Source of the DNA: a virus
Lineage: Duplodnaviria; Caudoviricetes
Virus record (IMG/VR): IMGVR_UViG_3300030397_000846
Coordinates: 1 to 28,734 of that record
DNA length: 28,734 nucleotides
Reading direction: 5' to 3' (one strand)
The notes under the pieces: generated by a model
What the model was told of the DNA's origin: nothing
The model's input: the letters and a program-made list of their open reading frames with translations, nothing else
Databases searched by the model: none
Translations under genes and position numbers: made by a program
Shown here: in pieces, positions 25,852 to 28,734 of the stretch
How positions within the stretch are numbered: position 1 is the first letter of the stretch
Layout: each line of letters opens with the position of its first letter

Positions 25852-27542
25852 TGGTCATCTTCCTCCTGGGTTTCGTCTTCATCCTCCTCTTCCTCACCCG
25901 GCTCTGTGACTACTTCCTCCTCCTCTTCGTCTTCTTCTTCGTCCGGACTCGGCAATCGACTCATCATATCGCCAATCTCTTCGGCGATCTTCTCCCGCTC
26001 ATCTTGTGCGTCAACGCTGTCGGCGAGGAGACCCCGACGCTTCGACTCGGCGATGAGGGTTTCATGGCTGATCTCGGGAGCGACCGGGTTGCGCATCTTG
26101 AGCAACTTCTCCAGGTCGTCACCAGATTTCAGACCGATACCGAAGTCATTGAAGACCTCGACACCAAAGTCCTCTGGGTGCTCTTCTCCGATCCAAACTG
26201 AGGCAGCCTCGTAGCACTGCTCCATCACCATCGCGCACGCACGCACCCAAGACTTGATAGCGGATTGTTCCTTGGCCGTGTCAATCGCACGAGACGTGGC
26301 AGTGACGCTACCCGTCTTTTCGATGAACGGCTGCATGCCAAGGATTACCATCCTTCGTTCGAGTTCGGCAAGATCCTTGAAGCCCGCCTCGATCGATTTG
26401 CCGTTGTGCTCAACATGTTGGAGCTTGGCATTCTCGTTCGTCGATCTCCACAACTGGGTCGGTCCGATCGCCATCTCTTTCTCGGCCTCTTGCTTTGAGA
26501 GACCGCTCATGAAGAGAATGCCGACACGAGCAAATCGGAGGATGTTCCTCTGGTCCGAGTAGGACTGCCAGTGTGCGAGATTGAGCCAGGCAAGATCTTC
26601 GAGGACAGGCTCCGCCGTCATGAAGCCCGTTCGATTGAAGTAGAGGCTCTTGAGCGGGATGCCCGGGAACGTGTGGTCACCCCCTGCCTCTCGGTTCTCG
26701 ACGAATTCCTCATTCTCGAAGTTGGTGGATCTGTTGGTGCGGTTGTTCTCGGGCAGAGCTTGGTCGTCAGTGGTCTCGCGCTCGAACACACGCACGCGCC
26801 CAAGACGCCCTCCTCGACTTACGAAGGCATCCTTATCGATGCGACCTTCCATGAAGTCTTCGAGAACGGTTTCGTCATTGGCTTCGGGAGCAGTGATGAC
26901 CTTGATTCTCTCGACCAGCTTTTCGCCGAAGTCACCCTCCGCTGCAAGATCGATTTCCTTGACGCGGATGTGCGTCAGAACTCGCTCGCCCGAGCGCATG
27001 ACGGTTGACCGCCAAGCGGGGAGGTCGATCGGGTCGACCATGGTGAAGTATGGTCTGATGCCCCGATCCAACTCCTCTTGGAGACTTAGCTCTTCTCGAA
27101 CGGTGGGGAATGACACCAAGACATGACAGACCCCGCGGTGCATTGCCGAATAGAAGACGTCGGCGGCAAATTGCGAGATGTCATTGCCCTGGAGATCGAC
27201 GTTCTTCGACATCCCACGAAGGCGTTGATCGAGCTGGTCCTCATTCTGAATGGTAACCGGCTCTTGGAATGGCTTCGCCGCGATCTTTCCCAGGGTGTCT
27301 TCATACCCATTGAAGAGGATCGAGCGATTCAGACGATTGGACCAGGTAGCTTGCTTTTCGCGAGGCTCACGCGGAAGGTACTCTTGACCGGCCTCTCGCA
27401 TGGCGACGGTACCACCCAGCAATGTGTCGGGTAGTCTCCAGCGTCTTTCCATGCGGTCGTATGAGACCGAGGTCGAAGCGACGTTGTCTTCCGCCAGGCT
27501 TATGGTGTGTTTGCCCCGCGTACTATTCGCGGTTCTTACCAT
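25848..27542 (-). CDS. Portal protein (DUF4055 / SPP1-like)
   Basis: 564 aa. LLGGT.AMREAG.EYLPR..RE......RL.RS.LFN, NVDLQGN...F, RPYF, P.LEDLAWLNL.HWQS.SDQ.NIL..ARV.IL. AAAGGAG SD and acidic C-terminal tail. Confidence 0.93.
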   Translation of the reverse strand: MVRTANSTRGKHTISLAEDNVASTSVSYDRMERRWRLPDTLLGGTVAMREAGQEYLPREPREKQATWSNRLNRSILFNGYEDTLGKIAAKPFQEPVTIQNEDQLDQRLRGMSKNVDLQGNDISQFAADVFYSAMHRGVCHVLVSFPTVREELSLQEELDRGIRPYFTMVDPIDLPAWRSTVMRSGERVLTHIRVKEIDLAAEGDFGEKLVERIKVITAPEANDETVLEDFMEGRIDKDAFVSRGGRLGRVRVFERETTDDQALPENNRTNRSTNFENEEFVENREAGGDHTFPGIPLKSLYFNRTGFMTAEPVLEDLAWLNLAHWQSYSDQRNILRFARVGILFMSGLSKQEAEKEMAIGPTQLWRSTNENAKLQHVEHNGKSIEAGFKDLAELERRMVILGMQPFIEKTGSVTATSRAIDTAKEQSAIKSWVRACAMVMEQCYEAASVWIGEEHPEDFGVEVFNDFGIGLKSGDDLEKLLKMRNPVAPEISHETLIAESKRRGLLADSVDAQDEREKIAEEIGDMMSRLPSPDEEEDEEEEEVVTEPGEEEEDEDETQEEDDQ

Positions 27543-27618
27543 GGCGCTCCTTTAGCTGTGCCCGGTTTGGGCTCTGCCTCTCTCTTACCGGTAATGAGCG
27601 CTACTCCCGGCATGCCTC

Positions 27619-27885
27619 TCATTCACTTCCGGGCATCCGAACGGCTGGAGCTTCTGTCGTGAGTGCAAGAGGCGGCACATGCTCGCTCGCGATGATCACC
27701 CAGACTCGACCCGTCTCCAGAAGTTTGATCACTTCTTCGTCACTGAGTTGCCAGCACTCGATGACCACGTCTCGACCGTGAGCATCTTGTCCCTTGAAGG
27801 CATTGAGAGTTCGGCACTCTTCTTCGCTCATGCCTTCGGGTGGGCCGAACGTGCAATTCGAACCCTCGAAGTCGACGGGGATCAC
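27619..27885 (-). CDS. Conserved phage hypothetical protein (88 aa)
   Basis: P..F...N..FGPP.G...C..L...CWQLS.EE......TGRVW......PP.L resembles a common small phage family. GTGA overlap with the upstream gene. Confidence 0.8.
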   Translation of the reverse strand: MIPVDFEGSNCTFGPPEGMSEEECRTLNAFKGQDAHGRDVVIECWQLSDEEVIKLLETGRVWVIIASEHVPPLALTTEAPAVRMPGSE

Positions 27886-28190
27886 GACTGACTTTCTCCG
27901 CGTTCGCCCATGATCCTGTCGATAGTCTTGTTCACGATGGCATCGATCATGTTGGTCTCGACACCTTCGATCTCCTCCCCGATCTCCTCTTCGTCGTTCA
28001 ATTCGTCGATCGCTCGAAGAACTGCCGAAGACTCCTTCATGATCATGGCGACTTCGGTACCCGTCGTTCCATCGGGATACTCGACAAAGACCTCCGGGTT
28101 GTTGGCCTCGACCTCACGGTCAGCGCTTCGCACCGTCGCTTGGGAGATCACTACTACCCGGGTGTTTCCGAATGACAACTTACGCGGCAT
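27882..28190 (-). CDS. Hypothetical acidic protein (102 aa)
   Basis: Start set at ATG 28190 with GGAG SD; coupled to both neighbours. Confidence 0.7.
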   Translation of the reverse strand: MPRKLSFGNTRVVVISQATVRSADREVEANNPEVFVEYPDGTTGTEVAMIMKESSAVLRAIDELNDEEEIGEEIEGVETNMIDAIVNKTIDRIMGERGESQS

Positions 28191-28287
28191 TGAACACTCC
28201 AATCGGAGAGTAGAGGGCAAGCCAGATCAGGTACGCAAGCACGATGGCGAGAAACACTGATACTACGGCTTTCTCTAACTTACCCAT
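28180..28287 (-). CDS. 35-aa single-pass membrane peptide
   Basis: MGKLEKAVVSVFLAIVLAYLIWLALYSPIGVFNAA: basic N-terminus plus about 20 hydrophobic residues. Overlaps the next gene; below the ORF-track cutoff; no SD of its own. Confidence 0.55.
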   Translation of the reverse strand: MGKLEKAVVSVFLAIVLAYLIWLALYSPIGVFNAA

Positions 28288-28412
28288 TCAAAGGGGGGAG
28301 GGCAACAGAGGGGATCGTTCGACCGGGACTGAGCAAGGTGTCGCCCCAACCGGGTTTCTCGAAGATCGCATGTCGCCTCTCCCATTCGAGTCGATGACTC
28401 TTCCTGATCTTT

Positions 28413-28494
28413 GGGTCAGTCTTTCGTAGCGGAAGAGGTTGGCACTTCACCGGCCGGAACGGTGCGCTCGGTCCCGCTATGGTTAGACTGACCC
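28413..28494 (-). other. Extended RNA stem-loop element (candidate cis-regulatory RNA or ncRNA)
   Basis: Perfect 10-bp inverted repeat GGGTCAGTCT/AGACTGACCC (28485-28494/28413-28422) enclosing TAGCGGGA/TTCCGCTA and GCAC/GTGC stems. Confidence 0.45.
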
Positions 28495-28498
28495 GTGG

Positions 28499-28734
28499 TT
28501 AGGAACCCCCGTCACCGGCCCCCGGATCGGGTGTCGGGGGAGTCGGAGGTGTCGGAGGCACCGTCGTTGACGTTGTTCGACTGTCGACCGGTGCGACCGT
28601 GCCAGCGGCAGCGGAACGAGCGGCACCCCCCACACCGCCGGCGGCTCCGCCTCCGCTCGAAGTCTCTGCTGATACGGTACTCTGATCACCGATCTTGACG
28701 AGACCGAATTCCGCCGTGCCGATTTCGACCACCC
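28499..28734 (-). CDS. 3' end of a gene truncated by the window; Gly/Ala- then Pro/Thr-rich low-complexity tail
   Basis: Frame is open from the window edge: ...GGGAAGGVGGAA...TTSTTVPPTPPTPPTPDPGAGDGGS*. Contains three near-identical 9-nt units (PPT x3). Confidence 0.6.
   Translation of the reverse strand, partial: VVEIGTAEFGLVKIGDQSTVSAETSSGGGAAGGVGGAARSAAAGTVAPVDSRTTSTTVPPTPPTPPTPDPGAGDGGS

Larger units (their letters stand above)
1..28734. mobile_element. Tailed bacteriophage (siphovirus-like) genome segment: head, neck and tail morphogenesis module plus two convergent plus-strand genes
   Basis: Canonical order portal-gp7-scaffold-MCP-adaptor-closure-gp10-terminator-tube-chaperones-TMP-Dit-hub-tip on the minus strand. 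No sheath gene. No integrase or host genes, so free phage and prophage cannot be distinguished. Confidence 0.95.

Noticed and set aside
16001-27609. 14-nt match CGGGAGTAGCGCTC at 16001 (+) and 27596-27609 (-)
   Set aside because: A few 14-mer matches are expected by chance in a sequence this long, and one copy is antisense within a CDS.
27536-27622. 28-codon ORF (MRGMPGVAL...) bridging the 88-aa gene and the portal
   Set aside because: Overlaps are compatible with coupling, but it has no SD or features and the portal has its own strong SD; insufficient support.
28376-28440. HDV-like or hammerhead ribozyme suggested by CGAAUGGGA and CGAAA
   Set aside because: No P3/L3 (UCCUCGC-like) element or nested P1/P1.1, and no CUGANGA core.
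1-28734. Stop-codon reassignment
   Set aside because: All core genes are intact in the standard code, and TAG, TGA and TAA all end genes at expected positions.
1-28734. CRISPR array, tRNA, rRNA, IS element, intron or intein
   Set aside because: No regularly spaced repeats, cloverleafs, transposase or interrupted core genes were seen.

Overview
This window is a segment of a tailed (siphovirus-type) phage or prophage genome. Almost all of it (1479-28734, minus strand) is one tightly coupled virion-morphogenesis operon. The head module runs: small ORFs, DUF4055-type portal, a 541-aa alpha/alpha-toroid-like protein, an acidic peptide, SPP1 gp7-like minor head protein, scaffold, major capsid and cement protein. 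The neck module has adaptor, closure and HK97 gp10-like genes. An accessory block follows: a PAS-domain membrane protein, a conserved appendage protein, a beta-helix and a beta-sandwich protein. The tail module has a terminator with a tandemly duplicated domain, tail tube, assembly chaperones with a -1 frameshift, tape measure and an RcGTA-like tail tip (DUF2460, DUF2163, NlpC/P60, 'megatron'-like, two DUF2793). A Kelch-propeller gene pair interrupts the tail-tip block. At the left end, two plus-strand genes sit behind a sigma70-like promoter and end at an intrinsic terminator. The most unusual observations are: (1) a FixL-like, putatively heme-binding PAS domain fused to a holin-like membrane tail in the late operon, a candidate O2/redox-gated lysis timer; (2) a double-domain terminator with an N-terminal repeat stalk; (3) a domain shared by the Dit C-terminus and the Kelch-protein N-terminus; (4) paired C-GGGAY-G hairpins in the scaffold and capsid leaders; (5) a lyase-like toroid in the head module. 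All family calls come from motif recognition and gene order; no searches were run.
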